DNA of 64,000 nt from Longimicrobiales bacterium (GCA_965219445.1 CBDCNQ010000004.1:192001-256000), one strand, 5' to 3'; shown: positions 30,201 to 40,833, numbered from the stretch's first letter. Translations and numbers: made by a program. The notes: generated by a model not told the origin, from the letters alone.

Positions 30201-30510
30201 GTAGCGCTCGGTGAAGAGCTGGGTCACTGCAGGAAGCTCGTCCGCGCCGATCTTCTTGCCGCTGCTGTTGACCTGGTCCTTCTCGTCGGCTCTCCAGTAC
30301 TGGTAGGTCCAACCGAGCGAATCCTGCGCCGTGAAGACCGACTCGGGCAGCGACTCGAGAAGTGTTTCGAGCTTCTGCCGGGTCTCGGGGAGCAACGCCA
30401 CCTCGAGGACCGGATCATCCTGGCCGAAGATCTCCGGCAGCATCTTCTCTGCCCACTCTCCCGCCAACTGCCACGGACTGGCGCCCTCTTCGCGGGCCAG
30501 CTCCCTGTAT
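27216..30510 (-). CDS. pglX: BREX adenine methyltransferase PglX, apparently N-terminally truncated
   Basis: PAVTQLFTE.Y, VLDPCCGSGHFL, TNVPF, HNRPF.WH and DLDDGVR.N motifs; no recognisable native start. Confidence 0.88.
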
Positions 30511-30795
30511 GGTGGAGACAGGTCCGACCTGCTTGAACCATTCAATCCGAACCCGGTCAGACAGCTTCACGACCATCGTCTGGCGATCGGACAGCTTGGG
30601 GAAGCGACCGTTCCACCACTCGGAATTCCATACGGCTGCATCCCAATGTTCTTTGGGGCCGATGTCGACACGATCCCGCGCGTCGGACGGCGGATCGCAT
30701 GCCTCCTGCACGAGGGCGACATCCGCGTCCATTTTATGCAGCCAGCGCCATGGCTCCTTCTGATGGTTGGTGTTCCAGCAAACCACTTTCACCAT
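30510..30795 (-). pseudogene. Endonuclease/exonuclease/phosphatase N-terminal fragment
   Basis: MVKVVCWNT...DADVALVQEA EEP motif; runs out of frame into pglX sequence. Confidence 0.65.
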
Positions 30796-31138
30796 TCGAA
30801 TGCTCCGTTGAGATTTGCCACCCACACCGGCATGATGAGCACCACCGCTATAGACCGCGATCGCCACCGGGCCGAGCAGCCCCGCCACCAGCGACAACGC
30901 CACCGTAACCGTGCCGAGCCCAATCCCCGCCGTCCAGCCTACCGCTTTTACACAAATCCCGGGACACTACCTGAAGGAATTCGGAGAGTACCGCACGCAG
31001 CGCTATGTACGGCGCGCCTTCCACCAACTAGAACGCGGAGAGCTGCCGGGTCTCAATGGGTAGCCCGTCCGGCCGTGCTCTCAACCGCCCGTTACGCAGC
31101 CGACCGGCTCCGCAACGTGGGTCTACCTAATCGGCAGA

Positions 31139-31390
31139 AACCGCAAGGCATGAGCTGCGAGGCCATGGGCGAGTTCCGCGTTTCTGCGCCCCGCGGCGGC
31201 CTTCGAACGGCTTCTATTTATGCGTTCCTCGGATGGGACCTAATGCGACCCGGATTCCCGCCATTTGATGCCATTTTCTCGCCCTTTAAGCACGGCAGCA
31301 TCAGGTATGGTAGGACGGCAAGTGCGGCAGATCGTGCAGTCCTGGTTGAACTTAGACGATTCCTTGCCGGGATTCACGCCACCGCTACTC
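31139..31390 (+). repeat. Conserved element left-end region (homologous to ~55414-55680)
   Basis: Shared CCGCAAGGCATGAG..GCGAGGCCATGGGCGA, GATTCCCGCCA and GACGGCAAGTGCGGCAGATCGTGCAGTCCT.GTTGAACTTAGACGATT. Confidence 0.85.
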
Positions 31391-31394
31391 TGCC

Positions 31395-31639
31395 TTGCGG
31401 GCGTTGTCCGCGCAGTACGAGATGGAACAGCGGCGGCACTCCGAGCAGGTCGAAGCCTTGCGGCAGCGTGTCGAGCGGCAGACCGGGGAGAACGAAGCCT
31501 TGCAGAGGCGAATCGAGCGGCTCGACGGGCAAGTGACACGCTTGGCCGAGTACTGCAGGATGCTCGCCGCGAAATCGCGCGGCCTCCGCATCTGATGCGC
31601 CGCCGCGGGCCGGAGCGCGATCATGGTCCGAGCCGCTGA
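31395..31639 (+). pseudogene. Mobilisation gene remnants (MbeD-like coiled coil overlapping a relaxase-like C-terminal tail)
   Basis: Short coiled-coil ORF 31395-31595 overlapping a frame ending RRRGPERDHGPSR. Confidence 0.4.
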
Positions 31640-31774
31640 CGATCACGTCAAGTCGCTTCCGGCCCGAACGCCGCAACGGGCGGCGCGCCAACAACCACCC
31701 GTCTGGCGGAGATGCCTTCCCGGCGCGAAGTTTCAACCGTGCAGATCGTGCAGTCCATCATGGAGAGGAATCGA

Positions 31775-32938
31775 ATGATGGCACGCACGAAACGAAGTCG
31801 GCGCAGCTATGGCGTCGGCGAATGGGGCCGGAATCGGGTGAGGGTGTTCCCCGATCCCAAAACCGGCCTGTTCCAGATAGAGTGGCGCGAGAACGGGCGC
31901 AGGCTGACCCGGTCGCTCAAGCACCGCGACTGGGCTCGGTCCAAGAGGCAGGCGGACGAGGTTGCCGCTGGCTTCGCGGTCCACGAGCCCGCTGGCAAGG
32001 CCGAAGCCGAACCAGAGCCGCTCACTCTGGGTACGCTTTTTGACATATACGGTGAGGAGGTGACGCCGACCAAGGCCGACCGGACACGGCCGCGCGACCG
32101 GGTCGCGACCACGATGTTCCTCCGCTTCTTCGGACGGGACCGGGACCCGGCGACGCTTTCCCAGCGCGACTGGGACCGGTTCATCCGGGAGCGGCGCGCG
32201 GGCAGGGCCGGCATCTCGGGTGAGCCCGTGAGCAACCGGACGATCGAAGGAGACCTGACGTTCCTGATGGCGGTGCTCAACTGGGCCGCAAGGTCGAGGG
32301 ACGAGCAGGGCCGCCTGCTCCTCGACAGGAACCCGCTGAAGGGCCTCAGGAAGCCCAGGGAGAAGAACCCCACCCGCGTCGTGCTCGATGAAGAGGAGTA
32401 TCGGACGCTGCTCGGGGTTTCCCGGCAGGTCAATTGGCGATTCCACGTCGCGCTCGCGCTCGCGCACGAGACCGGGCACCGGATCGGAGCCATCCGACAG
32501 CTCCGGTGGTCGGACATCGACCTCGAAGGCATGACCATCCGGTGGCGGGCGAAGCACGAGAAGAACGGCTACGAACACACCACGCCGGTGACGGCCGAGG
32601 CGATAGCGGCGTTGGAAGAGGCGCGACGGATGAGCAGCGGGACGGGAGACGCTCCGGTGCTGCCCGCCGGGACGGATGCCTCCAGATGCATGGGTCGCGG
32701 ATGGGCGTACCGGCTGTGGCGCAGGGCGGAGGCCCTCGCGGGGATGGAGCGCAAGGGCGGACGTGGCTGGCACTCGCTTAGGCGGAAGTTTGCGACCGAC
32801 CTGATGGACCTGCCGCTCAAGGTGCTCTGCGACTTGGGCGGATGGAAGAACGCACACACGGTGCTCAGATGCTATCAGAGAGCCGACGAGGGACAACTCA
32901 GGAAGGCTCTGGAAGGCCGCACGCGGGTTCGCGGCTGA
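31775..32938 (+). CDS. Tyrosine recombinase/integrase (copy 2)
   Basis: Same motifs as copy 1; intact. Confidence 0.95.
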   Translation: MMARTKRSRRSYGVGEWGRNRVRVFPDPKTGLFQIEWRENGRRLTRSLKHRDWARSKRQADEVAAGFAVHEPAGKAEAEPEPLTLGTLFDIYGEEVTPTKADRTRPRDRVATTMFLRFFGRDRDPATLSQRDWDRFIRERRAGRAGISGEPVSNRTIEGDLTFLMAVLNWAARSRDEQGRLLLDRNPLKGLRKPREKNPTRVVLDEEEYRTLLGVSRQVNWRFHVALALAHETGHRIGAIRQLRWSDIDLEGMTIRWRAKHEKNGYEHTTPVTAEAIAALEEARRMSSGTGDAPVLPAGTDASRCMGRGWAYRLWRRAEALAGMERKGGRGWHSLRRKFATDLMDLPLKVLCDLGGWKNAHTVLRCYQRADEGQLRKALEGRTRVRG

Positions 32939-32956
32939 GATCCCAATCGGCGGGAA

Positions 32957-34135
32957 TCAAACAGCGGGAACCGGACCGACGAATCCCGTAAGTGACACGT
33001 TCACAAACAGATACAAATCTGATGATGCCTGCTGGTAGCACTGGAGCACTGTCTTGGCCTCCTTCCAGCCGCCGAGTTCGCAGAGCACCTTGAGCGGCTG
33101 GTCCATGAGGTCGGAGGCGAACTTCCGTCTCAGGGAGTGCCAGCCCCTCCCACGCTTAGGTTCAAGCCCCGCGAGCGCCTCCGCTTTTTGCCACCAAACG
33201 CGCGCCTGACAGGAGCCCACGCACCTCGACGGATCCTGCGGCGAGGGCAGCACGAGAGTGTGTCCGGTCACGGGGTTCCTCTTTCGCGCCGCCTCCAAGG
33301 CGGCGAGCGCCTCGGCGGTGACCGGCGTCCGGTGCTCGTAGCCCGACTTCTCGTGCTCTGCGCGCCAGCGGATGGTCTTGCCCTCCATGTCGATGTCCGA
33401 CCACCGGAGCTGGCGGATGGCACCGATGCGGTGACCCGTCTCGTGCGCGAGCACGAGCGCGGCGCGGAACCGCCAGTCGACCTGCCGGGACACCTGTAGA
33501 AGCGCTTGGTACTCCTCCTCGGCCAGGACGATTCGGGCCGGGTTCTTCTGCTTGGGCGTCTTCAGGCCTCTCAGGGGATTCGCTTCCAAGAGCAGGCGGC
33601 CCTGCTCGTCCCTCGACTTGGCGGCCCAGTTGAGCACCGCGATCAGGAACTTCAGGTCGCGTTCGATCATCCGGTCGGACACCGGCTTGCCGCTCGGGCC
33701 GACCCTGCCCGCCCTACGCTCCCGGATGAACCGGTCCCAGTCGCGCTGGGACAGCGTGGCCGGGCTGCGCTTCGATCCGAAGCACCCGAGGAACATCCTC
33801 ATCGCGGCCCTGTCGTGCAGCCGCGACTGTCCACGCTTGGTGGGCGTCACCTCTTCACCGTAGATGTCAAAAAGCCGCTCCAGGGTGAGCGGCTCGAGCT
33901 CGGCGTCCGCCTTGCGGTGGAGCTCCGGCCCGAGGTAGCCAGCGGCGAACTCGTCCGCCTGCCGCTTCGCCCGTCTCCAGTCGCGGTGCTTCAGCGACCT
34001 TGTGAGCCTGCGCCCGTTCTCGCGCCACTCGATCTGGAACAGGCCGGTCTTGGGATCGGGAAAGACCCGTACCCGGTTCCGGCCCCATTCGCCGGCGCCG
34101 TAGCTGCGCCGGATAGGTTTCGTGCGTGCCATCAT
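32957..34135 (-). CDS. Tyrosine recombinase/integrase (copy 3), last helix replaced
   Basis: Homology ends after LQCYQQA (~33028); tail is read from the end sequence of element 2. Confidence 0.9.
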   Translation of the reverse strand: MMARTKPIRRSYGAGEWGRNRVRVFPDPKTGLFQIEWRENGRRLTRSLKHRDWRRAKRQADEFAAGYLGPELHRKADAELEPLTLERLFDIYGEEVTPTKRGQSRLHDRAAMRMFLGCFGSKRSPATLSQRDWDRFIRERRAGRVGPSGKPVSDRMIERDLKFLIAVLNWAAKSRDEQGRLLLEANPLRGLKTPKQKNPARIVLAEEEYQALLQVSRQVDWRFRAALVLAHETGHRIGAIRQLRWSDIDMEGKTIRWRAEHEKSGYEHRTPVTAEALAALEAARKRNPVTGHTLVLPSPQDPSRCVGSCQARVWWQKAEALAGLEPKRGRGWHSLRRKFASDLMDQPLKVLCELGGWKEAKTVLQCYQQASSDLYLFVNVSLTGFVGPVPAV

Positions 34136-35128
34136 TCGATTCCTCTCTCGATGATGGACTGCACGATCTGCGCATCGGAAACTTGGGGTGCGAACGGCTT
34201 CTTGACCAGTGGCGTCGGCGGGCTCATGGACGTTGGGCTGCCTGTTCGGCCCACGAGGGCGAAGACCCGAAGGCCGGTCCCAGTCCTTGACCCGCCGAGC
34301 CGGATGCTTCGCGACTCGCGAGTTCGGAGCCACGATTGGAGGTCGTTTTCCGCAGCGGCGACCGAGAGCGATTCGGGGGGCGGAACTTGACCGCCGATCG
34401 CCGGGGGTCGGTGGCGTACCGCGCGCGCACATCGACATCGAGGTGCATGTGCACGGAACCGCCGTCGCGATGTGCGCGCCAGCGGTTCCGTATGTCGCTG
34501 GCTGCTTTGCGGTTGCACCCCGGCCACCGGATCGGCGATACCGTTCCAGAGGGTGCGGCCGTGGCGGGAGCGACCCCCCTCTTTCGATGCCTGGTACGGC
34601 ATCGGGGAGGGTTGGATGTGCACGCCCATCCACCCTCCGTCGGGAGGTCGCTCCGGTCCAGCAATCCCGTGCGGGAAGGCCATCGGTCACCTGGGACGGG
34701 CGCGTCCCGGACTTGGCGGCTTGGGCTGTGGCCCGAACCATCGGGGGTACCCCGGCCTTGCTCGGTGATGCCCGGCTGCCAGACGGCCGGCCGGTCGGCG
34801 AACGGGTGATCCGCCGCCTCGAAGCGGCGCTCAAACCGCCTTCCCGCGTAGGGATTGATGGCTCGGGAGCGACCCCAAGGGACGGGGGCAGGGGTGTGAA
34901 AACACACCTGCGTCCGAACCCGTACCAGGCCCTCGGACTGGGGGGTCGCTCCCGTCCCGGTCAGTGCTGCCCGTGCGGCGCTGACCGACCCGGCCGCGAA
35001 GGCGCAAGACGTTGCCGTGTCGTGGCCTACACCGCAGCACCGGCGCGCATCGCCGGAGGGCCAAAGTGCGCATCGGCCCCCCGCGTCGTTTGCGCACTCC
35101 AGTGCGGCCATGAGACGCGCGCCGGTCG

Positions 35129-36061
35129 TCACCGGTAGCGCGCTCCCGCGAGGCGCACCGTTTGCCAGGCGACGCCGCGGTGAATCGCCCCGCGGCCTGC
35201 CTGCCGGCGGGCCTGCTTCTCCAGCGCGACGCTGCGTTTCAGGGCGGCTTGCAGGCCTCCGAACTCCTCGAGGATCTGGATCGCGCCTTGAAGGATCGCC
35301 CGCTCGATACGGGCAAGTTCCTCACGGATCCCGGCGTCGGGCTCGCCGGGGCCGGACGCCTCAGCCCAGCCGCTCATCACGGCCAGGGCCCGGTCCATCT
35401 CCCGCGAAGTGCGGGCGACGGCGACGACCTCGACGGACCGGCCTAGCCTATGGAGCGCGTGCCAGAGCCCGCGGTGCGCCCCGCCCCACGAACGTAGCGC
35501 GGTCGAGGTATCGTGGCCGGGATCGACGTAGACGAACACTGCACGGCCCGAGTCCAGTGCGACGGGCAACTTGAGCGGGAAGCAGCGCCGGGTGTCCCCG
35601 GCGGCTCCGCGGTAGAGGCGCGAGGGCAGCAACTCACGCTCGATCCCGAGCGCCTCGAACGCGCCGACCTTCTCCGGTTCGGTGGGCAGCCACGGCAGGC
35701 CGGTGTGCCCGATCACGTAGTCGAGCGAGAGCAGGCGGCGCATGAGCACGTCGGCGGACGCCGTGCGGCGGTGGCGGATGTGCTCGGCTCCGAGCGCGTG
35801 GTATAGACCCCGGGAGAAGATCCGGCACACGCGGCCGATCCCCCGAACGCCCGGCACGGTCTCCTCGGCGGCGAGGCCCTGCGCGATCAGCGCGTGGACG
35901 AGGCGGCGCGCCCGCTCGTGATGCGTGTCCAGGAACCGCGTCGCCTGTGTGCGGGTGAACACGCCGCTGTGGAGGCATACGAGCGCGATCCACTCGGCCT
36001 GGCGGCCCGTCCAACCGAATGGCTCGAGCGCCTTCTCTCGCCCGGCGAGATGGGCGATCAT
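35129..36061 (-). CDS. Conserved ICE backbone protein (possible replication/relaxation function)
   Basis: MIAHLAGREKALEPFGW..CLHSGVFTR; last gene of the virB operon. Confidence 0.7.
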   Translation of the reverse strand: MIAHLAGREKALEPFGWTGRQAEWIALVCLHSGVFTRTQATRFLDTHHERARRLVHALIAQGLAAEETVPGVRGIGRVCRIFSRGLYHALGAEHIRHRRTASADVLMRRLLSLDYVIGHTGLPWLPTEPEKVGAFEALGIERELLPSRLYRGAAGDTRRCFPLKLPVALDSGRAVFVYVDPGHDTSTALRSWGGAHRGLWHALHRLGRSVEVVAVARTSREMDRALAVMSGWAEASGPGEPDAGIREELARIERAILQGAIQILEEFGGLQAALKRSVALEKQARRQAGRGAIHRGVAWQTVRLAGARYR

Positions 36062-36726
36062 CGCGGGGCTTCCGTGACCAGGGCACGGTCGGCCTGGAGG
36101 TAGGTGATGAGGATGCCCATCGGGTTGTAGACGACGAGCTCGGAGGGGATGACGGTGAGGAACGTGAACCGGAGCGTGATCGACCAGCGCTCGCGCCGGG
36201 TCTCCTGCCCCTGCCTGAGGTGGACCAGATCGAAGTCGGCGGTCGCGCCGTGCGGCGCCTCGGGTGCGGGGTGGATGCGGAGCACGACCTGCTCGACCTG
36301 GAGCTCGGTGTCGGCGGTGCCGGCCGCCATGGCGGCGACCTCGGCGCCGTCCCTCGTGAATGCGGCGTTCGCCAGCTCGGTCGAGAGGAAGCGGAGGCTC
36401 CGCGTCCAGTGCTCCTCGACCGTGGCCCGTCGCCGCGAATAGAAGTCGGAGATGAACCGGTTGAGGAAGTACTTGGTCGTGGGATCGAGCGGATCCGCCT
36501 GCGCCGTTGCGGCCTCGTAGGCCACGGCCTCGGCGCGGCCGACCTCGTCGACCCGGACGACGATCGGGCGGGGCGGCTCGACGGTCGCGACCCGGAGGAG
36601 CAGCACGGCGAGCGCGAGACACGCTCCTCCGAGAATCATTGCAAGCGTCCGGAGCTTCCGGTTCGCCTCGACGGTCTCACCCCAGATTTCCGCGTACTCG
36701 CGGCCGGCATCGTGTTCTCGGTTCAT
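36058..36726 (-). CDS. virB8: VirB8/TrbF-family T4SS protein
   Basis: One TM, P.VVRVDEVG, C-terminal NPMGILIT. Confidence 0.85.
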   Translation of the reverse strand: MNREHDAGREYAEIWGETVEANRKLRTLAMILGGACLALAVLLLRVATVEPPRPIVVRVDEVGRAEAVAYEAATAQADPLDPTTKYFLNRFISDFYSRRRATVEEHWTRSLRFLSTELANAAFTRDGAEVAAMAAGTADTELQVEQVVLRIHPAPEAPHGATADFDLVHLRQGQETRRERWSITLRFTFLTVIPSELVVYNPMGILITYLQADRALVTEAPR

Positions 36727-36737
36727 GGATGTCTCCT

Positions 36738-37748
36738 TCAGCCTCCGGGGACTGGGGGGCGGGCCGGGTTCGCGGCGGCGGTGAGGCGTCCGCCGCCGCG
36801 CACCACGAGCGCCATCATGCCCGACCCGACGGATCCGGAGCCGGAGACGAGCATCGCGGCGAGCTCGCCCACCTTCATGCCGGCCATCAGGCCGGAGACG
36901 ACGAGCGGGAGGAGGACGACGACCCACAGCCCTAGCTCGGCCGGGTCGGAGGAGCCGGTGCCCATCAAGGCGCCGGTGTAGGTCGTGACGTAGCCCATGC
37001 CGACGCCCATGAACACGCGGAGGATCGCGCCGGCCACGACGCCGTAGAGCGTGTAGACCATGAGCGTGCGGAACCAACCCCAGAACAGGAACGCGAGCGG
37101 CTCGAACAGCAGCCAGGGGATGAACACGGGGCCGAGCAGGATCACGATCGCGAGCGCCACCTGCGCCCAGATCACCTGCGCGTAGGTCAGGCAGAAGAGC
37201 GCGACGAGGCCGAGCACGAGCGGCACGCCCATCATCAGCGCGACGAGGGACGAGAAGAACACGCTCACGCCCTCGGTCACGACGGTCATCAGGCTCCCGC
37301 CCGACCATGCCGCGCCGAGCCGTGCGGCGAACGCCTGGACCAGCGCGGTCATCTCCGTGTAGCCGACGGACACGACGTCGGAGATGAACAGGTTCTGGAG
37401 CCAGATCCCTCCGGCCGCCACCATGGCCGGAAACGTGAACCCGACGCCCGGGATCGGGACGCTGTAGTAGTGGAGCAACGTCCGGGGGATCGCGATCCCG
37501 AGCACGACACGCACGAGGGACCACGGTTCGAGCGTGCCGCTGTAGGCGATCTTGAGCCCGCTCCAGGCGACGACGATCGCCGCGAGACCGCCCCACAGCT
37601 GGTGGCCGAGCGTCAGCACGTCGGGCGCGGCGCCGCCGACCACCGTATCGAGCACGACGTCCAGGAACCCCTTGAAGTCCTGGAGCTGATCCGCCGGGAT
37701 CTGGGCCGGGACGTTCGGATCGATCGACTGCGGGGGAGGAAGTTGCAT
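36738..37748 (-). CDS. virB6: VirB6/TrbL-family T4SS inner-membrane protein
   Basis: Polytopic, with LGPVFIPWLLF...FLFWGW motif. Confidence 0.85.
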   Translation of the reverse strand: MQLPPPQSIDPNVPAQIPADQLQDFKGFLDVVLDTVVGGAAPDVLTLGHQLWGGLAAIVVAWSGLKIAYSGTLEPWSLVRVVLGIAIPRTLLHYYSVPIPGVGFTFPAMVAAGGIWLQNLFISDVVSVGYTEMTALVQAFAARLGAAWSGGSLMTVVTEGVSVFFSSLVALMMGVPLVLGLVALFCLTYAQVIWAQVALAIVILLGPVFIPWLLFEPLAFLFWGWFRTLMVYTLYGVVAGAILRVFMGVGMGYVTTYTGALMGTGSSDPAELGLWVVVLLPLVVSGLMAGMKVGELAAMLVSGSGSVGSGMMALVVRGGGRLTAAANPARPPVPGG

Positions 37749-37766
37749 GACGGTCGCTCCCGGGGC

Positions 37767-38696
37767 CTAAACTTGGCCGCCCATGTAGAACGACGGGATC
37801 TTGAACAGGAGCCCCTCCCGGAGCCGGTCGCGGTTCTGGAACGCGGCCGTGCGCATCGCATCCGCCATCGCGTTCGTACGGAGGCGTGCGTCCCTCCACT
37901 CGGCCAGCCGCTCGAGCCGGTCGATCTCGGCCTGCTGCATCCGGTTCGCTTGCTCGACCGCTTGATAGGCGAGCACCTGCGCCACGGCGGCGTTGATCCG
38001 GCCCTGGGTCAGCGCGGCCGCCACTTGCGCCTGCTGGAGCGCCGTGTTGGACAGGTTGCTGTTCGCGGTCAGGTCGTCGAACGAGTCCTGCGCGCTCTCG
38101 ACGGTCGAGGCGAGCGAGGCCGCGGCGTCCATCATCGCGTAGTCGAGCACCCTCTGCCGGTCGGCGGCCTCCTTGGCCTGGCGGTAGTCCTCAGCCGCGC
38201 GCGACGACGCCTCGGCCGGGCGGTTACGGAACAGCCCCAAGATGTCCGCCTCGCTCACCTGGTCGGCCACCCCTTGGGCGCTCCGCCAGACATCGGTGAA
38301 CGAGTCGCCGCTCCCCATGTCACGGACCGCGTCGACCAGCTCTCCGGCCGCGCCGGTGAAGTCGGAGCCCCAGTCGAGGCCGTCGCCGACGAGGCCGATG
38401 GATCCGGCCGCCAGCTCCGCAAACGGCTCGATCAAAGCGTCCACCTCGCCGCGCGCGACGTCCTTCATGTAGTCGAGCTGCTCCTCGAGCTCGGTGAGCT
38501 GGCGGGTCATCGTCCGCATCTGGCTGAGCTGGTTCGCAAGCTGGGTCGCTTGGTTTACGATCATCTGGGCACGCTGAATCACGCCGCCGATGTCGAAGAG
38601 GGCGTTGGCCGGCCCAGCGCTCGCGAGCATCAGGACCGAGACCAAGAGGACGGTGGTAAGGCTGCGGTGACGCATGATGAGCTCCTTGTTTGTCAT
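37767..38696 (-). CDS. VirB5/TrbJ-like helical secreted protein
   Basis: Signal peptide, Gln-rich NQATQLANQLSQM helices, position upstream of virB6. Confidence 0.7.
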   Translation of the reverse strand: MTNKELIMRHRSLTTVLLVSVLMLASAGPANALFDIGGVIQRAQMIVNQATQLANQLSQMRTMTRQLTELEEQLDYMKDVARGEVDALIEPFAELAAGSIGLVGDGLDWGSDFTGAAGELVDAVRDMGSGDSFTDVWRSAQGVADQVSEADILGLFRNRPAEASSRAAEDYRQAKEAADRQRVLDYAMMDAAASLASTVESAQDSFDDLTANSNLSNTALQQAQVAAALTQGRINAAVAQVLAYQAVEQANRMQQAEIDRLERLAEWRDARLRTNAMADAMRTAAFQNRDRLREGLLFKIPSFYMGGQV

Positions 38697-39961
38697 TGCC
38701 GTGTCCCGGCCCTGGGGACCAGGACATCGGAGGTGAACCAGATGCGCAGGCGATGGCCGGCGCGGATCGTGATCGTGGGTAGCCGGTTCAGGAACCGGTC
38801 GAGAACCGAGGTCGCGCTCTGGCCGAGGCCTTGGCCGACGCCCGCCCTGAGGCCGAACGGCGAACCGCCGGCCAGGGCGAGTCCGCTTACGACGCCGATG
38901 GCTCCGGCGGCCGCGAACGTGCTGAAGTAGTGGCGGTCGACTTGGTCCCGAAGCGCCCCTTCGCCCGCCTGGTTGAGGCCGGTGAACTCGAGGTCGATCC
39001 AGCTCCCGTCGGGCAGGAGTAGCCGGTGGAACGCGACGGCGAGCCGGCTCTGGTCCGGGTCCTGAACGGCCCGGGCCGTGCCGACGACGCGCGTGCCGCG
39101 CGGGATCAGGACCCGCTGGCGGTCGGCCGAATAGAACGGGACCGAGACCATGGCGAGCACCGGTCCCGGGAAATCGCCCGAGAGCTGCGTGAGGAGCACC
39201 CCTTCGAGGAACGAGCCCTCGTGGATCCGCTCCCAGCCCGGCGGGTCGGCGGGTTGCACGCTCCGGCCGGGCTCAGCCGTGCCGGGGGTGCGAGGAGAGC
39301 TTGGCGGTGCGGCAGGTCCCGGGGAGCCGGAGAGGAGCTGCCCGGCCGCCAACTCCGCTTCCAATTCGTTCTCGAGCGCCCCGACCGACTGCTCGAAAGA
39401 GGCGAGCGCCGCTTGGACCGTGTTCTCGAGGAGCGCCACATCCGCGTCGGCCGCATCGCCGGTGCCGGCTTCGGACGACTCCGCGGTCGCGTTGGGATCC
39501 CGGTACGACTGAGCCACGGGAAGGGCACGGAGCGAGCGGGTTCTTCGCTCCAGCTCCTCCAGCCGAAGCGCCTCCCTAAGCTCCGACTCCGCCGCTCCGA
39601 TGCCTGGGATCAAGGCTGCGGTGTTCGGCGTCTCCGACTCGGTCTGGAGCCGGGCCATTTCTTCGGCGGCCGCAGCCTGCCGGCGCTCGAGCTCGGCGCG
39701 CGCCCGGGCGGCGGCCTCCAGAGTCTGCCGCTCGGCCTCGGCGCGAATACGGCCTTCGAGCGATCGGCCCATCCCGTCGTCGACCGCCTGCGCCTCGGGC
39801 AGGGCTACGAGAGTGGGCGCATCTTCCTCGGGACCCGTCATCGCCCACGAGAACAGGAGTCCACCGACGAGCACGGCGATCAACACCACGCCGGCCTTCG
39901 TCACGATGCCGCCCGGCAGCGCGCCTTCCGGCGGCGAGACCCACTGCTTCCAACGGCTCAT
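38693..39961 (-). CDS. virB10: VirB10/TrbI-family T4SS protein
   Basis: LSGDFPG, LIPRGTRVVG, G..D.VDRH and PTITIRAG motifs. Confidence 0.9.
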   Translation of the reverse strand: MSRWKQWVSPPEGALPGGIVTKAGVVLIAVLVGGLLFSWAMTGPEEDAPTLVALPEAQAVDDGMGRSLEGRIRAEAERQTLEAAARARAELERRQAAAAEEMARLQTESETPNTAALIPGIGAAESELREALRLEELERRTRSLRALPVAQSYRDPNATAESSEAGTGDAADADVALLENTVQAALASFEQSVGALENELEAELAAGQLLSGSPGPAAPPSSPRTPGTAEPGRSVQPADPPGWERIHEGSFLEGVLLTQLSGDFPGPVLAMVSVPFYSADRQRVLIPRGTRVVGTARAVQDPDQSRLAVAFHRLLLPDGSWIDLEFTGLNQAGEGALRDQVDRHYFSTFAAAGAIGVVSGLALAGGSPFGLRAGVGQGLGQSATSVLDRFLNRLPTITIRAGHRLRIWFTSDVLVPRAGTRQ

Positions 39962-40827
39962 CGGAGCGCTTCCTGCGGCGTGAACCGCCAGCTGGCCCGC
40001 TTGTCGCCGATCTGGAGCCATCCGTCGCCCAACACGTGTCGAGCGATGTAGAGGCCGTCCTCACTGAGGTCGTAGGCGACGAGCGCCGGCTCGCCGTCCC
40101 GGAGCTCATAGAGGGCCGGCGACTCCTGCGCGCGGGAGCGGAGATAGGTGAACTGCCCGTCGTGCCACATCGCCTCGACGAGGAACGGCCGGTCGGCCGC
40201 GTCCCCGTCGAGCCGGTACTCGAACGCGAGACGCGCGGGATAGCCGGCACGGAACGCCTCGATCGCCGACTCAGCCTGAGTCCGGGCTTCCAGGATGCCG
40301 GCCTCGGCCGCCTCCCGGGCGCTGCGAGCCGCCTCGGCCGCCTCGGCGGCCATCTGCTGATAGGCCGCGACCTCGCTACGCGCGACGAACGCGGGACGGC
40401 CCGTGCCGCCGCTGTACAGTCCCGTCTTCTCCGCTCCAGACTCGACCCGGACGACCAGGTGGGGCGGGCCGTCGCTGTGCTCGGCCACCAGGAACGAGTA
40501 GATCCGCCCCGACTCGCAGACGAGCGCGATGTTCGTCGCCGCGTCCGGCCGCAGGGGCTTCAGGAACGCGACGTTCGCCGCGCCCGCCAGATGCCAGTAC
40601 TCCGAGTCGCCGACGACGAAATCCAGGATGTTCTCGTCGGTGGGGAGCACGATGACCGTCGTGTGACGGACCCGGGTGCGCAGCCGGTGAATGCGGTCCT
40701 CGCCCTCCTCCGGGACCGCTACCCGGAGGAGGGCTTGGTCGTCGTTCTCCTGCTGCGCGGCGGCCCTAGCGGGGAGGGCAGCCAAGAGAAGGGCGGTTAG
40801 AACGAGGGGTGTCATCGGTGGTCGCAT
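39958..40827 (-). CDS. virB9: VirB9/TrbG-family T4SS protein
   Basis: Signal peptide, TTVIVLP..E.I...GD...W, HDGQFTYL, PALY. Confidence 0.88.
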   Translation of the reverse strand: MRPPMTPLVLTALLLAALPARAAAQQENDDQALLRVAVPEEGEDRIHRLRTRVRHTTVIVLPTDENILDFVVGDSEYWHLAGAANVAFLKPLRPDAATNIALVCESGRIYSFLVAEHSDGPPHLVVRVESGAEKTGLYSGGTGRPAFVARSEVAAYQQMAAEAAEAARSAREAAEAGILEARTQAESAIEAFRAGYPARLAFEYRLDGDAADRPFLVEAMWHDGQFTYLRSRAQESPALYELRDGEPALVAYDLSEDGLYIARHVLGDGWLQIGDKRASWRFTPQEALR

Positions 40828-40833
40828 GGCGTA

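Noticed and set aside
34136..34834. N-terminal extension making integrase 3 a 625-aa protein
   Set aside because: The three paralogs start at MMART with an RBS; the extension is read-through of the conserved non-coding block
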